DNA from: Leptolyngbyaceae cyanobacterium
GTDB taxonomy: Bacteria > Cyanobacteriota > Cyanobacteriia > JARCMD01
Direction of reading: 5' to 3'
Length of the DNA: 29,436 nucleotides
Assembly: GCA_035285265.1 (NCBI GenBank)
Contig: JAYKHH010000411.1
Coordinates: 1 to 29,436 of the forward strand
Shown here: in pieces, positions 14,875-23,737 of the stretch
Layout of the letters: every line of letters begins with the position of its first letter
Position numbering within the stretch: position 1 is the stretch's first letter
Position numbers and translations under genes: made by a program
Notes under the pieces: model-generated
Told to the model about the DNA's origin: nothing
Databases searched by the model: none
Seen by the model: the letters and a program-made list of their open reading frames with translations, nothing else

Positions 14875-17469
14875 TCAAAATTTCCAAGAAATGGTTCCTT
14901 GGACTGTGAAGGGTGCGCCAGGAGAAACTCGCAATTGATTGAAAGCATTTTCAAAATAATCTACATCGAAAATGTTTTTGAAGTTGAGGGCAGCCCGAAA
15001 TCTATTTCGTTCATAGAAAATAGCAGCATCCGTTGTTAAATAGCTGGGTACCTCAAATGTATTTCCCGTATCTCCAGCGCGATCACCCACAAAGAAAAGT
15101 CCTAAACCAAATCCCAAACCTTGTAAGTCACCCTGTTGAATTTCATAGGTTGTCCATAAACTGGCTGCATTGGGAGTTGTTCGGAAAACTCGATTACCTA
15201 CAGGAATGGAATTATCTTTAGTGACGCGGGCATCGTTGTAGGCGTAGCTAGCAAAAACATTCCACCCTGGTAGAATTTCACCCGTTAGACTCAATTCAAT
15301 CCCCTGGCTTTGTTGCTCTCCAGTTTGAATTGAAAAGCCGGGATTGACTAGATCCTCGGTTAAAACATTGGATTGGGTGATATCGTAAAACGCTAATGTG
15401 GCAGAAAGGTTATCCATAATATCGGCTTTAACGCCGACTTCAAGTTGGGTGCCTCTGGTAGGCTCAAAGTCACTGCCATCAAAAGCTCGACCGATCGCTG
15501 TCTCAAATGAACGACTATAATTTGCGTAGAGAGAGACGGGTGGAATGGGCTGATAAACAATGCCCATACGCGGACTAAAGGCACTTCCGGATTGGCTGGT
15601 TTCTGCTCCAGCGAGAAAGTCTTTTTCAGTTTGCTTGAAGGTATCAAATCGACCACTAATTAGCAATTTCAGATTATCTGCGATCGTGATCTGGTCTTGC
15701 ACCAGGATACCCAGTTCGTCTGTCACAGTATTGGTATCCAGTTCAAAGGTAATGGCTCCTGGTGGTTGACCGTAGATGGGATTGAATAGGTCAATAGGCG
15801 CACCCGATCTACCTGTCAACTTTAAGCTATTGTCCAATCTTCCTAAATCAACTCCAAATAGCAACTGGTGTTGAACTGAACCTGTCAAAAACTTGCCTAA
15901 GACGTTCGTTGTCAATCGGTAGTCACGATACTGATCAGGTGCAAAGTCATTCGCTGTTCTTAGAAGTGTGCGATTGTCGGGTAGCAGCCGAGTCCCAACG
16001 TTAATATTCCTTCCCTCATAGCTAAGATATCCGTATCGAAATGAATTATTGAGCGACCAATTATCGCTAAACTTATGCTCAAAACGATAACCAACTCTTC
16101 CTACTGTGACATCTAAGTCGCCTTCATTCGTAATTCGAGTCCGTGGTATTTTTCCGTTGGGATTGGAGAATATTGTTCCGACTGCTGGTAAACCCAAATT
16201 GTACTTATCCTGGTAAAGGGATTTATAGATTCCTTCAATTGTCAAGCTTGTATTTTCAGTCAGCTCAAAACTCATTACTGGCGCAACGACAACGTTTCTA
16301 GTTCTGCTAAAGTCGGTAAAGAATTCTTGATCTCGATAAGAAGCATTTATCCGGAATAAGACTTTGCTCAAATCGTCTAACGGTGTAGATAAATCGATTT
16401 CACCTCGGTAAAAATTAAAACTTCCCACCGTTGCCTCAGCAAAGTAGTAGGGATCACGTAGAGGTTGCTTGGTAACAAAGTTAACGGTTCCGCCAGGAGA
16501 GCTTGAGCCAAATAGAATGGAGTTTGGACCCAGAAGCACTTCGATTCGTTCAATTCCTGTTAGGTCAGGTCCAACGTTAGAAGATAAACCACCCGTCTCT
16601 TTAATTCCATTCAAGGTAGGCTGGCTAAAAAATCCCCGCACTTGCAACCGCAAAGCATCAAAGTTAGTCGGAGCGGTGTTACGAACGCTTGGAGCATTCA
16701 GAAGCGCACTGGAAATATCGGCGCGCTGACCACGGAGTACTTCTTGAGGAATGATCTGAATTGACTGGGGAATCTCTCGCAGTGGTGTATCAATCCGTGT
16801 TGCTGTTGTGGTACGAGACGGGTTGTAGCCCCTATCCTGCGCCCCCGTCACCACCACCTGAATAGGGTCGTCTTCTGTCCCTGCCACTGCCTCTCCTAGG
16901 GTCACAGACAGTCCGGTGGAAGTAACCTTAGCCACAGGCGGTGCATCCGTCCCCGTAATCGCCACCCGCACCCGATTCTCCGTTGGAGAGGCTCCGCCAA
17001 CGCCCGGTTCATTCGTCACGCTCACCAGGGCGATGCCTTCTGCGGGGCTGAACTGTTCAAACGAATTGCCATCAGGCAAGGCCAACACTGCATTGGGAAT
17101 CTCTGCAATCAGCGCATTGCCCATCGTCTGCGTCGTAGGAACGGCTAGTTCACCGTCTGCCGTTTCCAGAATCACCTGCAACCCCGCCTCAGTTTCCTCA
17201 ACCCTCACCCCGGTAATTTTAGTCAGAGAGGATTCTATTTGGGCGATCCACTCTTCAACGGTTGTCGCGGGGTTTCCCCCCTGGATCGGTTGAGGAATCC
17301 TAGCACTAGATAAAGATGGTTGGGTATTCAACTTATCACTCAACCCTAAAAATTCATCACTCTCTAGCTTTTGTGCCCAACTCGGCAATGCCAACGCCCC
17401 AATCAGACTTCCCGACAAAACCACCATCCATGCCAACCGTACCGAAGCCGCAACCTGACCTACGCGCAT
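14875..17469 (-). CDS. TonB-dependent siderophore receptor with N-terminal AMIN domain
   Basis: AMIN region (ITGVRVEETEAGLQVILET...RVRVAITG), VVVTG, plug TATRIDTPLREIPQSIQII, IERIEVLLGPNSILFG...PGGTVN and C-terminal LNFKNIFDVDY...GTISWKF. Confidence 0.92.
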   Translation of the reverse strand: MRVGQVAASVRLAWMVVLSGSLIGALALPSWAQKLESDEFLGLSDKLNTQPSLSSARIPQPIQGGNPATTVEEWIAQIESSLTKITGVRVEETEAGLQVILETADGELAVPTTQTMGNALIAEIPNAVLALPDGNSFEQFSPAEGIALVSVTNEPGVGGASPTENRVRVAITGTDAPPVAKVTSTGLSVTLGEAVAGTEDDPIQVVVTGAQDRGYNPSRTTTATRIDTPLREIPQSIQIIPQEVLRGQRADISSALLNAPSVRNTAPTNFDALRLQVRGFFSQPTLNGIKETGGLSSNVGPDLTGIERIEVLLGPNSILFGSSSPGGTVNFVTKQPLRDPYYFAEATVGSFNFYRGEIDLSTPLDDLSKVLFRINASYRDQEFFTDFSRTRNVVVAPVMSFELTENTSLTIEGIYKSLYQDKYNLGLPAVGTIFSNPNGKIPRTRITNEGDLDVTVGRVGYRFEHKFSDNWSLNNSFRYGYLSYEGRNINVGTRLLPDNRTLLRTANDFAPDQYRDYRLTTNVLGKFLTGSVQHQLLFGVDLGRLDNSLKLTGRSGAPIDLFNPIYGQPPGAITFELDTNTVTDELGILVQDQITIADNLKLLISGRFDTFKQTEKDFLAGAETSQSGSAFSPRMGIVYQPIPPVSLYANYSRSFETAIGRAFDGSDFEPTRGTQLEVGVKADIMDNLSATLAFYDITQSNVLTEDLVNPGFSIQTGEQQSQGIELSLTGEILPGWNVFASYAYNDARVTKDNSIPVGNRVFRTTPNAASLWTTYEIQQGDLQGLGFGLGLFFVGDRAGDTGNTFEVPSYLTTDAAIFYERNRFRAALNFKNIFDVDYFENAFNQLRVSPGAPFTVQGTISWKF
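16977..17000 (-). mobile_element. 24-nt small dispersed repeat (SDR-like) inserted in frame at a HIP1-like site
   Basis: Coding strand GGCG|TTGGCGGAGCCTCTCCAACGGAGA|ATCGG. Removing it restores GCGATCGG (7/8 HIP1) and the peptide PGDRVRVAITG. Confidence 0.7.
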
Positions 17470-17500
17470 TTCAATTCCTCACACCAAAAATATTGTCTAC

Positions 17501-17523
17501 TGCTAATTATTCTTAATTGCAAT
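17501..17523. promoter_or_regulatory. Putative Fur box upstream of the TonB receptor
   Basis: AT-rich near-palindrome TGCTAATTATTCTTAATTGCAAT about 30-55 bp upstream of the start, resembling the GATAATGATAATCATTATC consensus. Confidence 0.55.
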
Positions 17524-17542
17524 AGACAGCAGTGTAGAGAAG

Positions 17543-17603
17543 TTGATCCAGGCGCGTCTATCTAAAAACCGCCAACCTTGATCCAAAAACCGCCAATTGA
17601 TCC
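17543..17603. promoter_or_regulatory. Direct repeats, candidate AraC/PchR-type operator
   Basis: AAAAACCGCCAA at 17564 and 17585 (21-bp period), each followed by TTGATCC, plus a third TTGATCC at 17543. They sit between the AraC gene and the receptor. Confidence 0.5.
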
Positions 17604-17758
17604 TAAATTGCGACTCTTCAAACACAGGAGGTCACAATTCAGACACCTGCGCCTCCCCCTCCGATACCAAATCTGGCAGGGTCAACCCATGCCTATTCTT
17701 CAGCCCCATGGGTTTCGCATTGGGGCGATAGACCTTTCAGCCACAGAGTCAGCTACAT

Positions 17759-18763
17759 TCAGCCTGTCTTAGTTAGACCTTTCCCCCTCAAGCACTGGCT
17801 TGGCGTGATGCCAAACTGCTGCTTAAACGCGGCGGCAAAGTGCCCCAAATGCCCATAACCCACTAAATTGGCAACCTCTGCCACTGTACGATCGCCGTGG
17901 CGCAATAGCCGTTCTGCCTGCTCCAGTCGGCACTGCTTCAAATAGCCGACCACCGTTGTGTTAAAGAGTGCATTGAAGCCACGCTGGAGGGTGCGATCGC
18001 TCACGCCCACCTGCTGCGCTAGATCTGGCAACGAAGGCGGATTTTCAAACTGCGTCGTCAGCAGATCCTTGGCATGATGCAATCGATCGATAGTGTCTGG
18101 TTTCAGTCCAGATGGAGATTGGCGTTGAGCTGCATCTTCTACAATCAGGTCGAGGTAAAGTGCTAGCAGTTCAAATACCTTGGCTTGAAGATACAACCGC
18201 TTGGCTATGCCACGATAGGGAGCATTCCACATCTGTTGAACCAGCGATCGCATCTGCGATGTCAGGGTGGGATACACTGCCACTTTCCAGTTTTCTCCCT
18301 TGAACAGCAGGCTATGAACGCCAGTGTCGTACTGCGGATCAGCTTGCAAAAAGGTGCTCAGGTAATTTGGCTCAATCTCAATATTGATGGCGGTTAAGCG
18401 CTCTCCGCCTCGGTACTTTTCCACATAACCCGGCGAGATTCCACTGCCAGAAAAGTAGCTACAGCTTCCCCCTAAATTTGGATGCACCGCATCAAAGTAG
18501 ATGAATCCTGATAAAAAGATACCGATCTGAATCGGATGCTCATGGGCAGGTGCTTCTACTCTCAAATCCTGGTTAAACTTGCAGTCACTGAAGTTTAACC
18601 ACACTCCGGGCGATAGCTCCATGCGGCGACTGTATCCGCAACCAATCAACTCCGGTACACCTGTCCACTCCTCGAAATCATCCAGTCTCGAATTGTCATA
18701 GCATTTCATGGGAGCCTGTTCGTGCAGTGCGTCCCAGTCTGCTTGATTGAGAATGAGCGTCAT
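17759..18763 (-). CDS. AraC-family transcriptional regulator (PchR-like)
   Basis: LYLQAKVFELLAL, PPSLPDLAQQVGVSDRTLQRGF, RLEQAERLL and VANLVGYGHLGHFAAAFKQQFGITP. Confidence 0.92.
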   Translation of the reverse strand: MTLILNQADWDALHEQAPMKCYDNSRLDDFEEWTGVPELIGCGYSRRMELSPGVWLNFSDCKFNQDLRVEAPAHEHPIQIGIFLSGFIYFDAVHPNLGGSCSYFSGSGISPGYVEKYRGGERLTAINIEIEPNYLSTFLQADPQYDTGVHSLLFKGENWKVAVYPTLTSQMRSLVQQMWNAPYRGIAKRLYLQAKVFELLALYLDLIVEDAAQRQSPSGLKPDTIDRLHHAKDLLTTQFENPPSLPDLAQQVGVSDRTLQRGFNALFNTTVVGYLKQCRLEQAERLLRHGDRTVAEVANLVGYGHLGHFAAAFKQQFGITPSQCLRGKGLTKTG

Positions 18764-18795
18764 GGTGGGCTAATGATCGAGAGCTTGGCCTACTA

Positions 18796-18814
18796 AATGA
18801 AAATTACTTTCAAT
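18796..18814. promoter_or_regulatory. Putative Fur box upstream of the AraC regulator
   Basis: AATGAAAATTACTTTCAAT, a 19-bp near-palindrome 32 bp upstream of the ATG. Confidence 0.65.
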
Positions 18815-18960
18815 AATTGTATCACGATTGTGCTAGCACACAGTCTATCGCCACTGCTCTTAACCCAGGAAATCCTGACTTATGGGCATTCAAGAACCAA
18901 CTGGTGATCTAATAACTGGTGATCTAATAGGTGTTGCTGAAACCTGGATGATTACCCTTG

Positions 18961-19103
18961 GAGGGTGTTTTAAAAGGGTGGCGTGATGTAGCAAAACGCA
19001 TTGCAGCCTATCCCACGATGATAGCAACGGTTGATTTTGTCGTTGAAAGTGGGAGCAATCTCCAGTATAAATCCTCACCCAAGGGGATTTTTCAAACACC
19101 CTC
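18961..19103. mobile_element. 143-bp MITE-like element
   Basis: Terminal inverted repeats GAGGGTGTTTTAAAAG vs GAGGGTGTTTGAAAAA (14/16). The TGTTTGAAA core resembles the ends of the 4571-4735 element. Confidence 0.6.
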
Positions 19104-19332
19104 TGATTCTGGTTTTGACAAACCAGTCCCTAAAGCAGGGTTGAAAAAAGCTGGTATTTCCAAGATTTGTCAAACAACAGCAGACTTTCTAGCTTGGTTA
19201 AGCAGTCAGGACTCTTCCCAAGGCAATAGCCCTCCGTAGCCATCAGCGCTAATCCGAAGGTAGCAAGAATCGGGAATGCAGAGAGTTTATCCAATTAGGT
19301 AGGATGATCTGTTAAGCTTTACCGATGGCGCA

Positions 19333-20685
19333 TCACGCTTGGTTTAAGCGCCAACCGGGTTTCACAACTTGACGGGCACGGGCAACGACGAGGCAATCGT
19401 CGGGAACATCTTCAGTGATCACGGAGCCTGCGGCTACGGTGACATCAGAGCCAAGGGTGACGGGAGCTACTAGAACGCTGTTGGAACCTGTTTTGGAGCG
19501 ATCGCCAATTTGGGTAGGATGCTTGTTCACCCCATCATAATTCGCTGTAATGGTTCCTGCCCCAATATTGACGCGATCGCCCACGGTAGCATCCCCTAGA
19601 TACGAAAGGTGAGACACATTGGTGCGATCGCCCAGTTGAGTATTTTTAAGTTCAACAAAATTGCCAATTCGACAGCCTGTACCCACTTGGGCGTGACCCC
19701 GTAGATGGGCATAGGGGCCAACGCGAGTTCCCGCTTGGATAATGCTCTCACTGATCACCGAATACAAAACCGTAACATTCTCACCAAGCTGGCTATCTTC
19801 AATCAAGCTACCGGGGCCAATCCGACAACCCGACTGAATCACCGTATTGCCCCGCAGATGGGTTTGGGGTTCAATCACCACATCGGGCTGAATCTCTACT
19901 GTGTCATCAATCGTAATGCTGTCAGGGTCTACCAAGGTTACCCCTGCCGCCATCCAAGCATCTTTAATCCGATCTTGCAGGATCTGATAGCTGCCTGCTA
20001 ATTGCTTACGATCATTAATCCCCAGGATTTCCTGGTAGTCTTCCACGTCAATGGCCATAACGGGCTTCATTTGGCTCACCGCGTCGGTCAGGTAGTACTC
20101 CTGCTGATCATTGTTTGACTGCAATCCAGGGAGGACTTGAGCCAAATCAGCCCACCGAAAACAATAAACCCCAGCATTGACGCGATGATTTTGCCGTTGG
20201 GCAGGGGTGCAGTCTCGATCCTCAATAATGTGTTGCAGGAAGTTCTGCCCATCACAAAAGACTCGTCCATAGCCCTTAGGGTTGGGAATCTGAGCCGTTA
20301 GAATGGTGGCTGCATTTTGATGGGTTTGATGGGTCTGAAGCAGTGACTTTAGGGTTTGGGGACGCAAGAGGGGCACATCCCCATTCAAAATCATCAAATC
20401 TCCAGAAAAGCCTTCTAAATGAGGCAGTAATTGCTGGACTGCGTGACCTGTTCCCAATTGCTGAGTTTGTTCAACAAACTCCAAACCAGGAGAGGAGACG
20501 AGGGACTCCTGAACCTGCTCACCTTGATAACCTACAATAATCAGGCGGCGAGAGGGGGTAATTTCAGACAAACTATTGAGCACCCATCCGAGGAGCGATC
20601 GCCCACCGAGTTGATGTAAAACCTTGGGTAGGTTGGACTTCATTCGGGTTCCACGACCTGCCGCCAGAATTGCTACCGCTACCAT
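19333..20685 (-). CDS. glmU: Bifunctional UDP-N-acetylglucosamine pyrophosphorylase / glucosamine-1-phosphate N-acetyltransferase (ATG at 20685 preferred)
   Basis: [42 protein letters not shown], hexapeptide repeats, HLSYLGDA and [13 protein letters not shown]. Confidence 0.96.
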   Translation of the reverse strand: MVAVAILAAGRGTRMKSNLPKVLHQLGGRSLLGWVLNSLSEITPSRRLIIVGYQGEQVQESLVSSPGLEFVEQTQQLGTGHAVQQLLPHLEGFSGDLMILNGDVPLLRPQTLKSLLQTHQTHQNAATILTAQIPNPKGYGRVFCDGQNFLQHIIEDRDCTPAQRQNHRVNAGVYCFRWADLAQVLPGLQSNNDQQEYYLTDAVSQMKPVMAIDVEDYQEILGINDRKQLAGSYQILQDRIKDAWMAAGVTLVDPDSITIDDTVEIQPDVVIEPQTHLRGNTVIQSGCRIGPGSLIEDSQLGENVTVLYSVISESIIQAGTRVGPYAHLRGHAQVGTGCRIGNFVELKNTQLGDRTNVSHLSYLGDATVGDRVNIGAGTITANYDGVNKHPTQIGDRSKTGSNSVLVAPVTLGSDVTVAAGSVITEDVPDDCLVVARARQVVKPGWRLNQA

Positions 20686-20761
20686 AACTTGATTGAACCA
20701 ACTGACTCCAACGGAGTATACCGCGCTTCCAGCATCAATGTTCATCTATGGGATGGTTCAT

Positions 20762-21436
20762 CTATGGGATGCGTTTGGCCGCTTCTGAAAGAGCATACTT
20801 ATGGAACTGGAGATAAAGCTTAGCCCGGTTCTGAGCAATGAGATAGGATTTATCTTCAGAAGGTACCTTTTTCATGAGGGTGGAAGCTTTTTGCCACTGA
20901 GCTGCTAAGGCTAACCAGTCAGCAGAGGATTGAGCTATTTTCCCAGCGGCTGAGGCGGATTCTGCAATCCGGACTGCTTCGGCAAAGGAGTTTGGAGGGG
21001 AGATGGCATCAAGAGCAGTGGATGCCAAGGGCGTCGGTTGGCTTACTGATAGGTTTGCCGTTATCGTTTGGGAACCTGGAGAAGGGCGGATCGTAGATTG
21101 TTGAATCGATTTAGGTTGGAACTCTCTGTAAAGACTGCCTAGCCCAACTAAAACAATGCACCCCACTAGGCCGATACCAATGATGTAGCGTGATGGGGCT
21201 GTAAAAGAACGATGGAGACAGACTTGACACCGGACAGGAACTACCCCTATCCAGCCAAGGGATCGCTCAAACTTGTTACGCCGTCTAGAAAGACGCTTGT
21301 GATGAGAACCACACTTGGGACAACTGTGAGGTTGACCACTGATTAGAGCTTTTACAACTTGCTTAAATCTCTGCAAAGTTTGCACGCCACCCTTCTTCTC
21401 ACCTCTGAATAGGTTGCCCAGATCAGGCTGGGACAC
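20762..21436 (-). CDS. Hypothetical single-pass membrane protein with an N-terminal zinc ribbon (start uncertain)
   Basis: CPKC...CQVC, hydrophobic YIIGIGLVGCIVLVGLGSLY, S/P-rich linker and helical C-terminus (FAEAVRIAESA...DWLALAAQWQKASTLMKKVP...AQNRAKLY). Confidence 0.7.
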   Translation of the reverse strand: MSQPDLGNLFRGEKKGGVQTLQRFKQVVKALISGQPHSCPKCGSHHKRLSRRRNKFERSLGWIGVVPVRCQVCLHRSFTAPSRYIIGIGLVGCIVLVGLGSLYREFQPKSIQQSTIRPSPGSQTITANLSVSQPTPLASTALDAISPPNSFAEAVRIAESASAAGKIAQSSADWLALAAQWQKASTLMKKVPSEDKSYLIAQNRAKLYLQFHKYALSEAAKRIP

Positions 21437-21444
21437 TACAGAAA

Positions 21445-21474
21445 CCTAAAAGCCTCCCTAGGGAGGCTTTTAGG
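21445..21474. terminator. Perfect 30-bp palindrome, probable bidirectional intrinsic terminator downstream of sigA
   Basis: CCTAAAAGCCTCCCT|AGGGAGGCTTTTAGG, a GC core flanked by A4/T4 tracts. Confidence 0.6.
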
Positions 21475-21658
21475 CTTTTAGATTATCGCAGCTATTTGCT
21501 CAACTTTGAACTAGTCAGGACATTCTTAGTTAGTGGGGCGTTAACTCTTCCACCACCTAAGGCAGAGAAGCACTTGTTATCCTGCCACCCTTAGGAAAGG
21601 AGTAGGGGGGATAGCCTGAGATAGAAGTAACAAGTGGATGACGCCACAATCTAGCAAT

Positions 21659-22786
21659 CTAGCGAATATATTCTTTCAGAACACTATTGCGATTGGGATG
21701 GCGTAACTTGCGTAACGCCTTCGCTTCAATCTGGCGAATGCGTTCGCGAGTCACATTAAAGATTTGGCCAATTTCTTCCAGAGTCTTCATGCGGCCATCA
21801 TCTAGGCCATAGCGGAGGCGAAGGACATCCCGTTCGCGAGGGCTAAGGGTACCTAAAACCCCTTCTAAGTCCTCTCGCAATAGATTTTTAGAAACCTGAT
21901 CTTCAGGCATTTCACCGTCGGATTCGATGAAATCCCCTAAACGAGAATCTTCCTCTTTCCCAATCGGGGTTTCTAAGGAGATGGGGAGTTGGGCTGATTT
22001 AGCAATAAACCGCAATTTCTCAATCGTCATCTCCATGCGAGTGGCGATTTCTTCCTCAGTGGGCTTGCGACCCATTTCTTGAGAGAGGAGTTTGGTGGTT
22101 TTCTTAATGCGAGAAATAGTTTCGTACAGGTGAACTGGTAGGCGAATGGTGCGAGACTGATCCGCGATCGCCCGAGTAATGGCTTGACGAATCCACCAAG
22201 TCGCATAGGTAGAAAACTTATAGCCCTTTTCGTGGTCAAACTTTTCAGCCGCTCGGATCAACCCTAGGCTGCCTTCTTGAATTAAGTCCTGGAAGGACAA
22301 ACCCCGGTTCATGTATTTTTTAGCGATGGAAACTACGAGTCGCAGGTTAGACTGCACCATCTTGTCCTTAGCCCGTCGTCCCACATGCAGGCGGCGACGA
22401 AAAGCAGGCAGCGCCATCTTGGCAGCATCGGCCCATTCGCCATCCTTTGGCTCGCGGTCTAGTTGTTCTACCAAATCTTGATGAATGCGCTCTAGTTCTA
22501 AAAGATCTGCAATTTTTCGGGCGAGTTCGATCTCTTCATCAGCTCGTAGCAATCGAATCCGACCGATTTCTTGCAGATACAGCCGAATTGAGTCTTCTGT
22601 ATAGTGCTTCTTCTTAGCCTGTGCCCGCTTACGAGTCGCGCGAGCTTTGCCAGACTTACCATCCTCTTCGGACTGAATGTCTAAAGATTCGTCTTGATCC
22701 TCTTCTTCCTCATGAAAGAAGTCGGGTTCACTGTCCGTATTAGGTAACAGCTCGATAGCGTCGAGTACATGATTAGCCTGGGTCAT
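21659..22786 (-). CDS. sigA: Principal (group 1) RNA polymerase sigma factor SigA/RpoD
   Basis: MTQAN start, acidic N-terminus, [58 protein letters not shown] and [30 protein letters not shown]. Confidence 0.95.
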   Translation of the reverse strand: MTQANHVLDAIELLPNTDSEPDFFHEEEEDQDESLDIQSEEDGKSGKARATRKRAQAKKKHYTEDSIRLYLQEIGRIRLLRADEEIELARKIADLLELERIHQDLVEQLDREPKDGEWADAAKMALPAFRRRLHVGRRAKDKMVQSNLRLVVSIAKKYMNRGLSFQDLIQEGSLGLIRAAEKFDHEKGYKFSTYATWWIRQAITRAIADQSRTIRLPVHLYETISRIKKTTKLLSQEMGRKPTEEEIATRMEMTIEKLRFIAKSAQLPISLETPIGKEEDSRLGDFIESDGEMPEDQVSKNLLREDLEGVLGTLSPRERDVLRLRYGLDDGRMKTLEEIGQIFNVTRERIRQIEAKALRKLRHPNRNSVLKEYIR

Positions 22787-23737
22787 GCCGCGTTCCTCAT
22801 GCTCCTTAAAAGGTAGGTCAAAATATATGCAGACAATTCAAGCAACTTGTTTCAGGGATGTCATAACAAAGCATGGATCAGCAAAATCCTCAAGCACGCG
22901 AAGCTTGTTCGCTATTTTTGGTTATGAACCATTGCATGCTGAGCACCTGCCTTGAAATCAAACAAGTTTTCGGGATTCGTAACATTCTTCTGAAAGAGAT
23001 ACAAAATGTCTATCAATGAGCTTTCCAAGTAGTTAGAACTGCTGTCGAGCAAATTGTAGACGCATCCCTTTCTCCTTGCAGTTCGCATTGAATGAGAGGG
23101 GTTATGAATGTATACGCTAGTGCTGAATTTTTTAGGTCTCTCCGATTGTAGCTTTTCTCACAAAAGTTGCACTCTTTTTCTGAATCATAGGCATAGATTT
23201 ATGATTCTTGTCCATGATGATTTTCGTCTTGACACAGAAAAGCCAGATCTAGCTTTTTTAAGCTTAGCTATTTACAAGGGAAGAGTGACTACAGTACAAG
23301 AAGCCTGAGATATCCCATTGCTGATTTGATCTTTCAGCAAGTTGTAAGGCATCCTTGATGTACCTTAGCTTAAAACCATAGAAGTCAAGTGGCGGATGGA
23401 CTAAATTCTTAACTTAACTTAGGCTACTCTAACTTAACATTAAGTTTCCAAGGTCGGTGCGTCTGCAGGAAGAGCGACGGGAACTTAATGCTTTCTAGAA
23501 AAAGTAGGGGTACTGTTGGCAGTTACCTTTAGGAGTACCTTCTCTTCCCACTGCAATCCGAGTCTCTGGGAATGGAACACCCAATCCCTGTTTACCCCAC
23601 AGCAACATGAATTCGATGAAAGGTTTTTAGGATGCTTTCATCGAACTCACATCACAGCAAGAATGGCTGCGTACTTTTACTCCTGCTGGAGTGATAAATA
23701 CACAGCCACCGACGCTAGGGAAGTCCCTTAGCTTCCT

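Noticed and set aside
17543-17603. CRISPR-like repeat-spacer array
   Set aside because: Only two short repeats with a 9-bp gap, no spacers of CRISPR length and no cas genes. No CRISPR array was seen anywhere in the window.
18958-19239. 93-aa ORF
   Set aside because: Its first half is the 143-bp MITE-like element, so it is most likely a chance ORF.
23440-23730. Riboswitch (e.g. cobalamin) or tRNA in the sigA-typA spacer
   Set aside because: No conserved riboswitch boxes or cloverleaf motifs were recognisable on either strand.
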